From an uncultured Eubacteriales bacterium (lineage in GTDB: Bacteria > Bacillota > Clostridia > Oscillospirales > CAG-272), in the NCBI GenBank assembly GCA_900546635.1, contig URDS01000001.1, positions 13,306-77,305 on the forward strand: a stretch of DNA of 64,000 nt, given 5' to 3'. Position 1 is the first letter of the stretch, and every line of letters starts with the position of its first letter. Positions 27,599-38,479 of the stretch are shown in pieces. The notes under the pieces were generated by a model. The model saw only the letters and a list, made by a program, of their open reading frames with translations, made no database searches and was not told the DNA's origin. Position numbers and translations under genes: made by a program.

Positions 27599-29038
27599 TC
27601 ATTCGTCTTTTCCGTTTTCGGAAATTTTATTTTCAAACCGGTTTTTATGGGTCTCAGACGGGATACTGGTCGGATATGCGCCGGTAAAGCAGGCGGCGCA
27701 GTAGCCCTTGCCGTTTACGCCGTAGGCCAGTTTGTCCACGCTCTCCACGCTGAGGTATCCGAGCGAATCGACGCCGATTATGTTTGCCGTTTCCTCCACG
27801 GTGTGATGACATGCGATCAGATTTTCACGCGAATCAATGTCGGTGCCGTAATAGCAGGGGTTCAAAAACGGCGGCGCGGATACCCGCATGTGAATTTCCT
27901 TTGCGCCGGCTTCGCGCAAAAGACGCACGATGCGCGCGCTGGTCGTACCGCGCACAATCGAGTCGTCGATCAGGACGATGCGCTTGTCGCGCACAACTTC
28001 CGGAATCGGATTGAGCTTGATCCGCACTTTGTCCTCGCGGCTCTTTTGGCCGGGGGCGATAAAGGTGCGCCCGATATATTTGTTTTTGATAAAGCCGATC
28101 TCATACGGAATGCCCGACTGCTTGGAGTATCCGATGGCGGCGTCAATGCCGGAGTCGGGGACGCCGATGACCACGTCAGCCTGAACGGGGTGCTCCAGGG
28201 CAAGAAAAGCGCCTGCGCGCAGGCGCGCAGAGTGCACCGAACAGCCGTCGATTACGGAATCCGGACGGGCGAAATAAATGTATTCAAACACACAGAGCGC
28301 AGCGGGCTTTTTTTCACAGTGGTCGCGGATGCTGCGAATGCCGTTTGCGTCAAATACCAAAATTTCTCCCGGCTCAAGATCACGCACAAGCGCCGCGCCG
28401 ACCGCGTCGAGCGCACAGCTTTCCGAGGCGATGACATAGGCGCCGTCCGGCGTTTTTCCGTAGCAAAGCGGACGCATTCCGTTTTCATCCCGGACGGCGA
28501 TCAGTTTGGAGGGAGACATGATGACGAGCGAATAAGCGCCCTCCAGTTTTGTCATGGCGCGGTTGACGGCTTCCTCGATAGAGGGGGCGTTTATCCGTTC
28601 TTTGGTAATCATATAGGAAATGACTTCGGTATCGCTCGTTGTGTGGAAAATGGACCCCTCCATTTCCAGCGCGGCGCGCAATTCATAGGAATTGGTCAGA
28701 TTTCCGTTGTGCGCCAGCGCCATATGCCCCTTGATATGGTTGACGACGATCGGCTGCGCGTTTGCGCGGGCCTTGGAGCCGGTCGTGCCGTAGCGAACGT
28801 GTCCGACGGCGATTTTTCCTTCTCCGAGCGTTTCGATCACTTCGGGGGTAAAAATGTCGTTTACAAGTCCGTTGTCCTTGTGTGTGCGGAAAATGCCGTC
28901 GTCATTGACGACAATGCCGCAGCTTTCCTGCCCGCGGTGCTGAAGTGCGAACAGTCCGTAATACGCAGTGCGCGCCAGATCGGCGGTACTTGGGGAATAG
29001 ACGCCGAATACGCCGCATTCTTCTCTTAATTTACTCAT
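27599..29038 (-). CDS. purF: amidophosphoribosyltransferase
   Basis: 479 aa with N-terminal ...CGVFGVY nucleophile Cys and a PRTase motif [12 protein letters not shown]. Confidence 0.95.
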   Translation of the reverse strand: MSKLREECGVFGVYSPSTADLARTAYYGLFALQHRGQESCGIVVNDDGIFRTHKDNGLVNDIFTPEVIETLGEGKIAVGHVRYGTTGSKARANAQPIVVNHIKGHMALAHNGNLTNSYELRAALEMEGSIFHTTSDTEVISYMITKERINAPSIEEAVNRAMTKLEGAYSLVIMSPSKLIAVRDENGMRPLCYGKTPDGAYVIASESCALDAVGAALVRDLEPGEILVFDANGIRSIRDHCEKKPAALCVFEYIYFARPDSVIDGCSVHSARLRAGAFLALEHPVQADVVIGVPDSGIDAAIGYSKQSGIPYEIGFIKNKYIGRTFIAPGQKSREDKVRIKLNPIPEVVRDKRIVLIDDSIVRGTTSARIVRLLREAGAKEIHMRVSAPPFLNPCYYGTDIDSRENLIACHHTVEETANIIGVDSLGYLSVESVDKLAYGVNGKGYCAACFTGAYPTSIPSETHKNRFENKISENGKDE

Positions 29039-29064
29039 CGTTTTTCCTTTAAATTATAGATTAC

Positions 29065-29559
29065 TCAGTGATTGTATTTTTCTTCAACCGCGGCATTTTT
29101 GGAGAGGACTTTCTGCTTGTCCGCGGCGCGTTTTTCGGCCAGTTTTTCGGCAAGCGTTTCGTCTGTTACCGCAAGAATTTGAATCGAAAGCAAAGCGGCG
29201 TTCACAGCCCCGTCAATCGCAACCGCAGCTACAGGAATGCCGCTTGGCATCTGCACGGTGGAAAACAGAGCGTCAACGCCGTCAAGCGTATTGGATTTGA
29301 TCGGAATACCGATTACGGGCAGCGTCGTATTTGCCGCGATTGCGCCCGCAAGATGCGCGGCCATGCCGGCGGCGGCAATCATCACGCCAAAACCGTGCTC
29401 GCGCGCGGTTTCCGTGAAACTTTTCGCTTCTCCCGGCGTTCTGTGCGCGGAATAGACGTGTACTTCATAGGGCACTTCAAAATCCCGCAGCGTGGAAATG
29501 GCTTTTTCAACGATCGGCAGATCGCTGTCGCTGCCCATAATAACTGCAACTTTTTTCAT
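29065..29559 (-). CDS. purE: 5-(carboxyamino)imidazole ribonucleotide mutase
   Basis: 164 aa, VAVIMGSDSDLP motif, RBS GGAGGAAAGG. Confidence 0.95.
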   Translation of the reverse strand: MKKVAVIMGSDSDLPIVEKAISTLRDFEVPYEVHVYSAHRTPGEAKSFTETAREHGFGVMIAAAGMAAHLAGAIAANTTLPVIGIPIKSNTLDGVDALFSTVQMPSGIPVAAVAIDGAVNAALLSIQILAVTDETLAEKLAEKRAADKQKVLSKNAAVEEKYNH

Positions 29560-29592
29560 ACCTTTCCTCCATAATTAAATAAGCATATAAAT

Positions 29593-29633
29593 AAAAAACG
29601 GCACAACTTACCTGTAGAAATGTAAGCGTGCCC
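29593..29633 (-). terminator. ZTP-riboswitch expression-platform terminator
   Basis: Minus strand reads GGGCACGCTTAC-ATTTCTACAG-GTAAGTTGTGCC-GTTTTTT. The 5' arm overlaps the CUGGGCA 3' end of the aptamer. Confidence 0.75.
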
Positions 29634-29697
29634 AGACGGTCGGCATATCATTTTCTGTTCCCCTGTGGTGCTCCACAAATCCGTCGGTTGCAGAAAA
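29628..29697 (-). promoter_or_regulatory. ZTP (pfl motif) riboswitch aptamer
   Basis: UUUUCUG-CAACCGACGGAUUUGUGGAGCACCACAGGGGAA-CAGAAAA, then a linker, then CCGACCGUCUGGGCA. P1 is UUUUCUG/CAGAAAA, P2 is GUGG..CCAC, and a conserved GGGG and 3' CCGnCnGUCUGGGCA-like module are present. It lies upstream of purine/folate genes, as is typical. Confidence 0.8.
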
Positions 29698-29844
29698 CCT
29701 TGTAAATCGTGCATGCCATGCGGCGCGGGCTGCGCTGCGCTCAAATCTGAGAGCCATGGACATGTTGCCGGGAAAATGAGAAACAATTGCTTGGCACCGA
29801 AATAACCGAGCCGTTCGACGCCAAAAGAGGGTTTCATTGAGATT

Positions 29845-29873
29845 ATTATACCATGTCTGCATTTGGGTGTCAA
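29845..29873 (-). promoter_or_regulatory. consensus promoter of pur operon
   Basis: Minus strand reads TTGACA-N17-TATAAT with a TG extension (tggTATAAT). Confidence 0.7.
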
Positions 29874-30001
29874 GGATTCCGTACCGCATGGAAAAGTAAA
29901 AAAAAAGTCGTTAAAAAAGCCCTTTCTCGTGCATTTTGTCGGTCTTTGAAAGCTGTTTGGCCGTAAATTGATGCGCGAATCAAAAGACAAGCGGAAATCG
30001 T

Positions 30002-31213
30002 TCAATGCGCGCGCTTGTCTTCGTTTTCTTTTTTCCCGCAAAGATACAGGCGGCGCTCTCCGGTCAGCCGGCCGCAAAGCGTTTCAAAATCTGCTTTCGC
30101 CGCTTCGGCGTCAGGCGAGTCGGGCTTGAAGAGAGGCTTCTTGACTGCGCGGAGCAGGATATTTTTCGGCGTGTCCTCTGGGTCGGTAAACTCGATTGCC
30201 TCGGCTGTATAACCTCCGGCTTCAAGCCGCATCAGGCGGAGCGCGTCGGTGAGCGCGTCGCAGAGCTTCTTTTTCAGAATCGGATAGCGGGTGATGAACG
30301 AAAATTCATCGGTCGTCAGATTGGCGAGAAGCTCATGCTGGCAGCAGGGGGTGGAAAGAATGACGGCGGCTCCAAGTTCCATCGCTTTTGAAAGGACAAT
30401 GTCGGTTGCAATGTCGCAGGCATGCAGGGACAGCACGAGATCGACGGGCGTTTCATACGGAAAGCTGTCAATGTCCGCGGCAAAAAAATGCAGATCGTTA
30501 AATTCAAGCTTTTTTGCTGTTTCCGAACAGAAAGCAATGACATCTTCTTTGCGGTCGATCCCGATCATTTTTACCGTGCGTCCCATAACGGTATGCAGAT
30601 AGTGATAGGCCGCGAAGCTGAGATAGCTTTTTCCGCAGCAGAGGTCAAGCACGTGCAGATCCCCTTTTTGCGGCAGCGCATGGTATATGTCTGCGATCTG
30701 CTCCGCAAAGCGGTGGATTTGACGGAACTTTGCGTGCTTTTTATCATAAATTCGTCCGGAAGCATCGGAGATGCCGAGCGCGCGCAAAAACGGTTCGTCG
30801 CCGCGCAGAAGATACTGCTTTTCACGGTCGTGCGCCGAAAGCTGCGTACCGCCGTTATACGCTTTGGCCGCGGATAAAAACTTTTTTTCTCCGAGAATCG
30901 TTTCACGGCCGTTTTTCGATTTTTTGTATTCGGCGTCCGCATTTTCTCCGATCAGATTGATCTGTGAAAAGGGGGCGGCAGCCCCGGCGATTTCCTCCGC
31001 CGCGCTTACAGGAAAATTCTTGTGCGTGGCTTTGCCGTCCCGCATCTGATATTCAAGCTGCAAAAAGATCTGATTTTCTTTTTGAAAGAGTCGTCCGGTT
31101 GCGCGCAGAACATCCGTTTTTTCGCATTTGGAAAACACGGCCTTTTTTAAAAAGCCGTGTTCTGCCGCGAGCGAAAGCAGCGCGCATAAATTGAAAAGCG
31201 TATCGGTAGGCAT
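30002..31213 (-). CDS. class I SAM-dependent methyltransferase (Methyltransf_32-like)
   Basis: 403 aa with VLDLCCGKSYLSF (SAM motif I) and the LHACDIATD motif. Start overlaps the plsY stop. Confidence 0.7.
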   Translation of the reverse strand: MPTDTLFNLCALLSLAAEHGFLKKAVFSKCEKTDVLRATGRLFQKENQIFLQLEYQMRDGKATHKNFPVSAAEEIAGAAAPFSQINLIGENADAEYKKSKNGRETILGEKKFLSAAKAYNGGTQLSAHDREKQYLLRGDEPFLRALGISDASGRIYDKKHAKFRQIHRFAEQIADIYHALPQKGDLHVLDLCCGKSYLSFAAYHYLHTVMGRTVKMIGIDRKEDVIAFCSETAKKLEFNDLHFFAADIDSFPYETPVDLVLSLHACDIATDIVLSKAMELGAAVILSTPCCQHELLANLTTDEFSFITRYPILKKKLCDALTDALRLMRLEAGGYTAEAIEFTDPEDTPKNILLRAVKKPLFKPDSPDAEAAKADFETLCGRLTGERRLYLCGKKENEDKRAH

Positions 31214-31917
31214 TATTTTTTGTCTCCGTTTGTGGGATTGTTCTTCTTTTTGGAAAAGGAAATCTTATTTTCGGTATGGTTTAATAGACGTTTTATGTTG
31301 TCGCGATGCATAAAAATAACGAGCGCCGCTACCATAAAGCTGATCAAAACAGGGAACCCGTGATAGCCCCAGGAAGCAAGTTTATAGGTCAGAATCGGAT
31401 ACAGCATCATGCAAATAATAGAGCCGAGCGAAACGTACTTTGTGCCGGCGACCAAAATGACAAACATAATGAGCAAAATGAGGAAACAAAGCGGATCCAG
31501 CGTCAGGATCATCGCGGCGGTGGTGGCCACGCCCTTGCCGCCTTTGAATTTGAAAAATACAGGGAAAATATGACCCATAATACAGAACAGCCCGGCGATA
31601 TATCCGCCGTTTATTCCGTAAATGAACGCGCCGAAGAATACCGAGGCGGTTGCTTTCAGCATGTCGCAGAGCAGCGTTGCCGCCGCAGCGGTTTTTCCGT
31701 ATGTGCGCAGCATGTTCGTCATGCCGGCATTGCCGCTTCCATGCTTGCGAACATCATCACGGTAAAAACATCTGGAAATGACCAGCGCAAAATTAACGCT
31801 CCCAAGCAGGTAGGGGAGTGCGATGCAAAGCAGTACGCAGATTGCCGTCAGGGCGGTCTGCGCGCCGGCGCTTTCCGCTTTGTCGATTAAAATTTGATAG
31901 AGAGTTGGATTAAACAT
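31213..31917 (-). CDS. plsY: glycerol-3-phosphate acyltransferase PlsY
   Basis: 234 aa multi-TM with the GSGNAGMTN motif. Confidence 0.9.
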   Translation of the reverse strand: MFNPTLYQILIDKAESAGAQTALTAICVLLCIALPYLLGSVNFALVISRCFYRDDVRKHGSGNAGMTNMLRTYGKTAAAATLLCDMLKATASVFFGAFIYGINGGYIAGLFCIMGHIFPVFFKFKGGKGVATTAAMILTLDPLCFLILLIMFVILVAGTKYVSLGSIICMMLYPILTYKLASWGYHGFPVLISFMVAALVIFMHRDNIKRLLNHTENKISFSKKKNNPTNGDKK

Positions 31918-31924
31918 GTCTGCC

Positions 31925-32152
31925 TCATTTTTTGAAAAGTTTATGCAGGCGACTTTGCAGTTCCGCTTTCACCTGCGCTGTTTTATCGCCGAGAATTTCC
32001 ACGGCGATGATTTTGCCGTCCTTGCCGATGGTCGCCAAGATGATGTCGCCGTCCCGCAGTTCTTTTGGTTCTTTTGCAAATCGGTATTCCCGCCCTGTGT
32101 CCGAGTAGGCGACGGCAATTTCGTTTTCTATGCGATCAACCCGCAACTCCAT
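31925..32152 (-). CDS. DUF3006 domain-containing protein
   Basis: Small protein starting MELRVDRIENEIAVAY... The listed ORF starts 5 codons earlier. Confidence 0.6.
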   Translation of the reverse strand: MELRVDRIENEIAVAYSDTGREYRFAKEPKELRDGDIILATIGKDGKIIAVEILGDKTAQVKAELQSRLHKLFKK

Positions 32153-32477
32153 GTTTGTTTCACACATACTATGCTCCGGATTTTGCGTCTGCGCCGGAAA
32201 TCCGGTCAGACGGTATCATTCTCCGGTTATTATAGCACAAAGTTTTGCAAAAGGAAAGAGAAGAGAAAAAATTATATCGCAGAGCGCGGCGGATGTTTCT
32301 GCTGATCCTTGATATAAAGAGAAAAATGACATTTGCTCCCTAACGTCAAGAGGGGATTTCGCTTTATAGAGATCATAGAGATCGACAAATCAAAATAATG
32401 ACAATCGCTGTAAAGCGAAAGCGTTTCGCGAAATTCACCAAAAGGCGCTTACCGCTCCCTGCCGGCCAACTTACAAG

Positions 32478-32942
32478 CTATATCTGCCGTATACAGGCGT
32501 TTACATAATCAAGCGGCACATCCATGCGTCTGGCGGTTTGTTCCGCCGTCATTCCGCTATCCAAAAATCGCCTGCAAACCGATTTCATGTTCTCTCCGAC
32601 TTCAATAATATGCCGATCCGGGTCATAAAAGCGAATTACACGTTGTCCCCAACTGTGTTCTTTGACGGGATGAACAGATTTAACGGCACAATCATGCAGC
32701 TTTTTTGCAAAGGCGTCAAAGTCGTCCTCTTCAAAATATATCTCGAAGTTGTTGCCGCCGAAAGAAATATCTTCTGTTCCGATAAACGCCTTGTACGTTT
32801 CTAAAGTCTGTAAAGCAAGTCCGCCCGTCAACGTTTTATTTGCTCCAAAATCCAAAATCACATCAAGGCCAAGAATTTCTTTATAAAACTTGAGTGACTT
32901 TTCCATATCGCGTACAACCAGCATGGAAGATAACAACTTCAT
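32478..32942 (-). CDS. VOC family (glyoxalase/bleomycin-resistance fold) protein
   Basis: 154 aa starting MLVVRDMEKSLKFYKEILGLDV, RBS GAGG. Confidence 0.75.
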   Translation of the reverse strand: MKLLSSMLVVRDMEKSLKFYKEILGLDVILDFGANKTLTGGLALQTLETYKAFIGTEDISFGGNNFEIYFEEDDFDAFAKKLHDCAVKSVHPVKEHSWGQRVIRFYDPDRHIIEVGENMKSVCRRFLDSGMTAEQTARRMDVPLDYVNACIRQI

Positions 32943-32952
32943 ACTTTTTACC

Positions 32953-33285
32953 TCATACCCCTAAATTTTTACGCGCTTCCGGATCGTTCTCCATAACCGC
33001 AGCGACCGCCGCGCATTGAGAAACTTCTGGACAATCGCCACAGGTTGTCACACCCTTTTTCAAAGCGCATCGGCGAATCTCGCAAAGACGATCGCAAAAC
33101 ACGGTTTTCATTCCATCCGCTCGACAACCCTCACAGTTGATATGTTCAGGTAAAATAGGCGCATGGTTGAGCGCAGCCCACAGTTTTGCAGTTTTCACAC
33201 GCAAAGCATGGTCATTATGGATTGTTGCAAGGTAAGCATCACACTGTTCACAGTTCAGACCGCAATACCCGATCCTGTCTTTCAT
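32953..33285 (-). CDS. DUF3795 domain-containing Cys-rich protein
   Basis: 110 aa with YCGLNCEQC...CEGCR...CALKKGVTTCGDC cysteine pattern. RBS GGAGG. Confidence 0.7.
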   Translation of the reverse strand: MKDRIGYCGLNCEQCDAYLATIHNDHALRVKTAKLWAALNHAPILPEHINCEGCRADGMKTVFCDRLCEIRRCALKKGVTTCGDCPEVSQCAAVAAVMENDPEARKNLGV

Positions 33286-33320
33286 TGTTATGTACCTCCA
33301 GAGGCGTATTTGATGTTTTC

Positions 33321-33349
33321 ATTTTACCATACTGCCGCCACCGATTCAA
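33321..33349 (-). promoter_or_regulatory. promoter for DUF3795-VOC genes
   Basis: Minus strand reads TTGAAT-N17-TAAAAT with a TG extension. Confidence 0.5.
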
Positions 33350-33477
33350 TCCGTATCGCGATTTCTCTTTTTCTCGGAACACATATTTTTTATGGTTCAA
33401 CCCTGTTTTCGAATATCAAAGCCTAAGGCTGTCATCTGTGTTCAGAAGTTTCAACGAAAACGCATGGGACTTGAGGG

Positions 33478-33709
33478 AAAAAAGAGGCCTCTCCTCGTGT
33501 TACCGGGGCAGAGGCCTCTGCAACTTGTCGATTAAGATAAAAATTGCATATGAAATTGGTTTACAAGACGGACATGTGCCGTCATGTAAACACCTTACAG
33601 GCGCGCGAGTGCCGCCAATGGCGGCGCGACGGCGCGAGCGAACGCGCCCTATCGTCGAAAAACCTTGGTTTTCCGACGGTCAGAGAGGCCTCTATTCGCT
33701 TTTCCGAAT
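33478..33709 (-). ncRNA. candidate structured RNA, unclassified, with own intrinsic terminator
   Basis: Three copies of the self-complementary AGAGGCCTCT (33684-33693, 33510-33519, 33483-33492). Copies 2 and 3 form a 10-bp hairpin followed by U6. GC-rich hairpins lie at 33653-33678, 33631-33648, 33611-33625 and 33558-33594. A weak TTATTG-N17-TATAAA promoter sits at 33716-33744 (minus strand). Confidence 0.35.
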
Positions 33710-33725
33710 AAAAATTTTATAGGAA

Positions 33726-33754
33726 TTGACTTTTGCCGCAATAATTGGTACAAT
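33726..33754 (+). promoter_or_regulatory. promoter for ligA
   Basis: TTGACT-N17-TACAAT with a TG extension. Confidence 0.55.
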
Positions 33755-33795
33755 AATATGTTAGTAAATACCAGGCTGCGGAGGCGTTAGATTGA

Positions 33796-35784
<1,989 letters not shown>

Positions 35785-36351
35785 TTAGGCTAAATTGAGA
35801 TAATGCAAAATCCCGTTGTAGATTCCCCTTGCAAATAGCTGCGGGTTTTCGTTCATGAGCGCAGCGTCGCCCGGATTTGTGATAAAGCCCATTTCGACTA
35901 AGGTAGCCGGCATTGCGGTGCGCCGCAGGACGTAAAGACTCGGCCGGGCGAACACGCCGCGGTCGCGAAGCCCGGTGGCTTCCGACAGACTGTGCACAAT
36001 GTCGGTCGCCAGTTCGGCAGCTGAGGTATCCAGCGCGTAGACATAGGCTTCTGATCCGGAGGCGCTGGGAATGCTCGAAGCATTCGTGTGCAGGCTGATA
36101 AAATAGTCGGCTCCCCAGGAATTGGCGTCCCGTACACGCGCGGCAAGACTTGTGGCGTTGCTGGTTCCGAGCGTGGTTTCGGGCGTCGGCCGCGAGAGAC
36201 GCGCTTCAAGATTCGGATTTGCGTTAATCAGCGCGGCAAGTTCTACGCCGATCTTGTATGTAAGATCCTGCTCGCGCAGACCGTTTCCCTCGGCGCCGGC
36301 GTTGGGATTTTGAGGATTGTGTCCCTGATCGATGTAAATTTTTATGGCCAT
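35785..36351 (-). CDS. N-acetylmuramoyl-L-alanine amidase (Amidase_3)
   Basis: 188 aa with IYIDQGHN... and FISLHTNAS motifs. The stop abuts the ligA stop. Confidence 0.85.
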   Translation of the reverse strand: MAIKIYIDQGHNPQNPNAGAEGNGLREQDLTYKIGVELAALINANPNLEARLSRPTPETTLGTSNATSLAARVRDANSWGADYFISLHTNASSIPSASGSEAYVYALDTSAAELATDIVHSLSEATGLRDRGVFARPSLYVLRRTAMPATLVEMGFITNPGDAALMNENPQLFARGIYNGILHYLNLA

Positions 36352-36419
36352 AAAAACACCTCTTTAGAAAAATGTAGCTTCGTAAGCAGTATATGCGAAA
36401 GGCCGGTAAACGGAACGGT

Positions 36420-37163
36420 ATGAAAGAAATACAGAGAATACTCAGCTATGTCCGCCGTGCGGCGGAGGACTATGATATGATCCATGCGGGCGATCGAATC
36501 TGTGTCGGGGTATCCGCGGGGAAAGATTCGCTGACGCTGCTTGCCGCGCTCGCTGAACTGCGCCGGTTCTATCCGGTGCCGTATACGCTCTGCGCGGTCA
36601 CGGTGGATCTCGGCTTTGCGGGCGCGGATTATTCAAAAATCGAAGCATTTTGCCGTGATTTGGATGTACCGTATACGGTCGTGCCGACCGAGATCGGAAA
36701 AGTCGTGTTTGATATACGGAAAGAAACCAATCCCTGCTCGCTGTGCGCAAAGATGCGGCGGGGCGCGCTACATAACGCCGCGCGCGAACTCGGCTGCGCG
36801 CGCGTTGCGCTCGGCCATCATTTTGACGATGCGGTCGAAACCTTTATGCTGAATCTGTTTTATGAGGGGCGGATCGGCTGTTTTTCGCCGGTTACGTATT
36901 TGTCGAATACGGCGCTTTATCTGATTCGTCCGATGATTTATGTGCCGGAAAAAGCGGTCCGGTATTTTGCGGGGAAAACGGCGCTCCCGGTTGCCGAGAG
37001 TCTGTGTCCGGCCAACGGCAATACGGAGCGCGAAACGGTAAAACAGCTTTTGTATCAGCTTGAACGGGAAAACAAAGGACTGCGTCATCGTATTTTCGGT
37101 GCAATGCAGCGCGGTCATGTGGACGGCTTTACAGAGACCGGCCGGCTCCCGGCTGAAGACTGA
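36420..37163 (+). CDS. ttcA: PP-loop ATPase, tRNA 2-thiocytidine biosynthesis TtcA family
   Basis: GVSAGKDSLTL PP-loop and NPCSLCAKMRRG motif. ATG at 36420. Confidence 0.75.
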   Translation: MKEIQRILSYVRRAAEDYDMIHAGDRICVGVSAGKDSLTLLAALAELRRFYPVPYTLCAVTVDLGFAGADYSKIEAFCRDLDVPYTVVPTEIGKVVFDIRKETNPCSLCAKMRRGALHNAARELGCARVALGHHFDDAVETFMLNLFYEGRIGCFSPVTYLSNTALYLIRPMIYVPEKAVRYFAGKTALPVAESLCPANGNTERETVKQLLYQLERENKGLRHRIFGAMQRGHVDGFTETGRLPAED

Positions 37164-37185
37164 AAGTGCATTTTAGGAGAAGCGT

Positions 37186-38139
37186 ATGAAGATTGCAATC
37201 ATAGGAAGCGGCAGATGGGGAACCTTTATTGCATGGTATCTGGACAGTATCGGCCATACGGTCATGCTGTACGGAAAGGCGGATTCGCCGCATATGGCGC
37301 GGCTGCTTGCCGAGCGCACAAACGGACTTGTAACGCTCGGAGAACGTGTTCGGCTTGTGACCGAGCTTTCCGAGCTTCAAAAGGCGGATTTGATCGGGAT
37401 TTCGATCGGGTCGCAGGGACTGCGTTCGCTTTGCGGAGAGCTTCGGGATGCGGGGCTTGACAAAAAGCCGCTTGTCCTCTGCATGAAAGGCATAGAAATC
37501 GAAACGGGACTGCGGCTCAGCGAGGTGGCCTCGGCAGAGCTTCCCGGCGTCCCCGTGGCGGTTTGGATCGGCCCCGGACATGTGCAGGAATTTGTGCGCG
37601 GCATTCCGAACTGCATGGTGATTGACTCTTTGGATGCGGAACTGAAATGCAGGCTTATCGAAGCGTTTTCCAGCCGCCTGATCCGTTTTTACTACGGCGG
37701 AGATCTGATCGGCAACGAGATTGGCGCGGCGGCAAAAAATGTGATCGGCATTGCGGCGGGTATGCTCGACGGGCTGGAGCTTTCTTCGCTGAAAGGCGCG
37801 CTGATGTCGCGCGGCGCGCGCGAAGTGGCGCGGCTGATCAGCGCTATGGGCGGCAATGAACTTTCGGCATACGGATTATGCCATCTCGGGGATTATGAAG
37901 CGACGGTATTTTCACCGTACAGCCACAACCGGCAGTTCGGCGAATCATTTGTTCGCGGCGAGGCGTACAGCGACCTTGCCGAGGGGTATTATACGGTGCG
38001 TGCGATGATGAATCTGGGGAAAAAATACGGTGTGGATCTGCCGATCTGCTATGCGGTGTATGCCGTGCTGTATGCGCACGCCAAACCGAAGCAGGCGCTG
38101 GAAGCGCTTTTTCAGCGCAGTCTGAAAGAGGAGTTTTGA
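37186..38139 (+). CDS. gpsA: NAD(P)H-dependent glycerol-3-phosphate dehydrogenase family protein
   Basis: MKIAIIGSGRWGT Rossmann start and the GNEIGAAAKNVIGIAAG motif. Confidence 0.75.
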   Translation: MKIAIIGSGRWGTFIAWYLDSIGHTVMLYGKADSPHMARLLAERTNGLVTLGERVRLVTELSELQKADLIGISIGSQGLRSLCGELRDAGLDKKPLVLCMKGIEIETGLRLSEVASAELPGVPVAVWIGPGHVQEFVRGIPNCMVIDSLDAELKCRLIEAFSSRLIRFYYGGDLIGNEIGAAAKNVIGIAAGMLDGLELSSLKGALMSRGAREVARLISAMGGNELSAYGLCHLGDYEATVFSPYSHNRQFGESFVRGEAYSDLAEGYYTVRAMMNLGKKYGVDLPICYAVYAVLYAHAKPKQALEALFQRSLKEEF

Positions 38140-38141
38140 AT

Positions 38142-38471
38142 ATGGCGCTTTTTTCCCGATTTTCAAAAAAGGACCCTGAGTCGCCCGCATATAAGCGGCG
38201 CATGGCGGAACGGATTGCCGACAAGCGGATCCGGTATGTGGGGGAAAAGATTGACGGAGTTGAAGAGATCATCGGCAAGGGCGGAAGCGTCTCGATTCGG
38301 GAAGACGAACTATTTCTGTTTTCGTCTTCGGACGTTCTTTTGCGTGCAAAAATTGCGAAGACGCAGATTGCCGAACTTTTGTCTAAGGACGGCGCGGTTA
38401 TAACCGCGCCCGATCTTGAGCGGGACGGTCAGGTTCGCACGGTTGTGATTTATTATGTATATTACCGTTAG
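38142..38471 (+). CDS. hypothetical protein (109 aa)
   Basis: ATG 2 nt after the gpsA stop, in an operon with ispD. I recognise no family. Confidence 0.45.
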   Translation: MALFSRFSKKDPESPAYKRRMAERIADKRIRYVGEKIDGVEEIIGKGGSVSIREDELFLFSSSDVLLRAKIAKTQIAELLSKDGAVITAPDLERDGQVRTVVIYYVYYR

Positions 38472-38479
38472 GAGTTTAC

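Noticed and set aside
29780-29820. PurBox-like TCGAAC / ACCGAAA inverted pair in the pur leader.
   Set aside because: The flanks are GC-rich rather than the A/T-rich AWWWCCGAACWWT consensus, and the position is downstream of the promoter. This is too weak to call a PurR site.
29556-30077. 173-aa minus-strand ORF covering the pur leader.
   Set aside because: It spans the promoter, the ZTP aptamer and the terminator. The sequence is explained by RNA elements, and there is no RBS.
33286-33795. Gene-strand bias switches from mostly minus (left) to mostly plus (right) at this 510-bp gap: a possible replication origin?
   Set aside because: I saw no DnaA-box clusters (TTATCCACA or its complement), no dnaA/dnaN nearby, and exceptions to the strand bias exist on both sides.
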